From: Camelus dromedarius
Taxonomy: Eukaryota
Assembly (NCBI RefSeq): GCF_036321535.1
Contig: NC_087444.1
Location: forward strand, 68,572,001-68,636,000
Direction: 5' to 3'
Length of the DNA stretch: 64,000 nucleotides
Part shown: in pieces, positions 63,221 through 64,000 of the stretch
Layout of the letters: each line of letters opens with the position of its first letter
Numbering within the stretch: position 1 is the stretch's first letter
Made by a program: the position numbers and the translations under genes
The notes under the pieces: model-generated
Database searches by the model: none
What the model saw: the letters and a program-made list of their open reading frames with translations, nothing else
What the model was told of the DNA's origin: nothing

Positions 63221-64000
63221 CCCAATACTGGATTTTTAAAACCACTTACTACATAGGTATTTGTAGCTGCTACTAATTTAATACTTTGTCTGTTTCATAT
63301 CTACTTTACAGTTGTTTTCAACTTTATTGAGGTGTAAATTATGTGTAAGAAACAGTACATGTTTAAAGCATGTAAGTTGATGAGCTTTGACATACCAATA
63401 CACCCATGAAACCAGCGCAAAACCAAGATGATGAACATATCTGTCACCCCCCAAAGTTTCCTCAGCAATTTCTGTAATTTCTCCCACCCTCTCCCCTGTC
63501 CCAGGCCACCACTGACTTGCTTTCTGTCAGCATAGATTCATTTGCAATTTCTAGAATTTTATGTAAGTGGAGGCTGTAATTTTTTCAAACCTTTATGGTG
63601 GAAATTTTTAGACATAAATATTAGTTGGGAGACTCGTATGATAAACTCCATGTACGCATCATCCAGGTCTACTAGTATAGCTTTCTCTTCTCTCATTTCA
63701 TCTTCTCTCCTGCCCCCTTTTTTTTGCTCTGTCCTATTTTAAAGTATATTCCAGACCTCATGTTTTTCACCTGTATGCATCTCTAATAAATAAGTTTTTA
63801 AAAGAAATACAAGGCCATTTTTTACACCCAACAAAAATTTTAAAATGTCTTAATACAATCTAATACCCATCCTAGTGTCTCAAAAAGATCTTTTTACAGT
63901 TAGTTTGTTGAATCAGGACCCAGACAAGGTTCATATGTTATATTAGCTGTTTTTAAAGAATTATAAAGAGGATTTTTGGAATCCTTAGTATGTGCCAGGC

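Noticed and set aside
62486-64000. SECIS element for SELENOV
   Set aside because: The region is MIR, SINE, L1 and gap sequence; no quartet with apical AA hairpin was identified.

Overview
Mammalian genomic DNA, most likely a camelid: at least 8 copies of a tRNA-Ala-derived Vic-1-type SINE, and no ruminant Bov-A/BovB or pig PRE-1 elements noticed. It is syntenic to human 19q13.2. Exon models were built by hand from GT-AG boundaries and reading frame. Gene order: RPS16 (-, 146 aa); an intact three-exon interleukin-15-like cytokine gene IL15L (+, 136 aa), which the ORF track shows only as fragments; SUPT5H (+, 29 coding exons, 1087 aa, including a 12-nt microexon and one exon containing an N-gap); TIMM50 (+, 355 aa); DLL3 (+, 591 aa); and the selenoprotein SELENOV (+, 323 aa, in-frame UGA in a CxxU motif). 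The headline is IL15L, the third IL-2/IL-15 family member, which is inactivated in human and mouse but is an open frame here. It has an odd cysteine count, an unexplained upstream splice acceptor, no AATAAA found before SUPT5H, and a candidate distant TATA/NF-kB promoter on the far side of RPS16. The family itself is published; what may be new is its state and regulation in this lineage. Comparisons to human or cattle sequences are from memory and need alignment to confirm.
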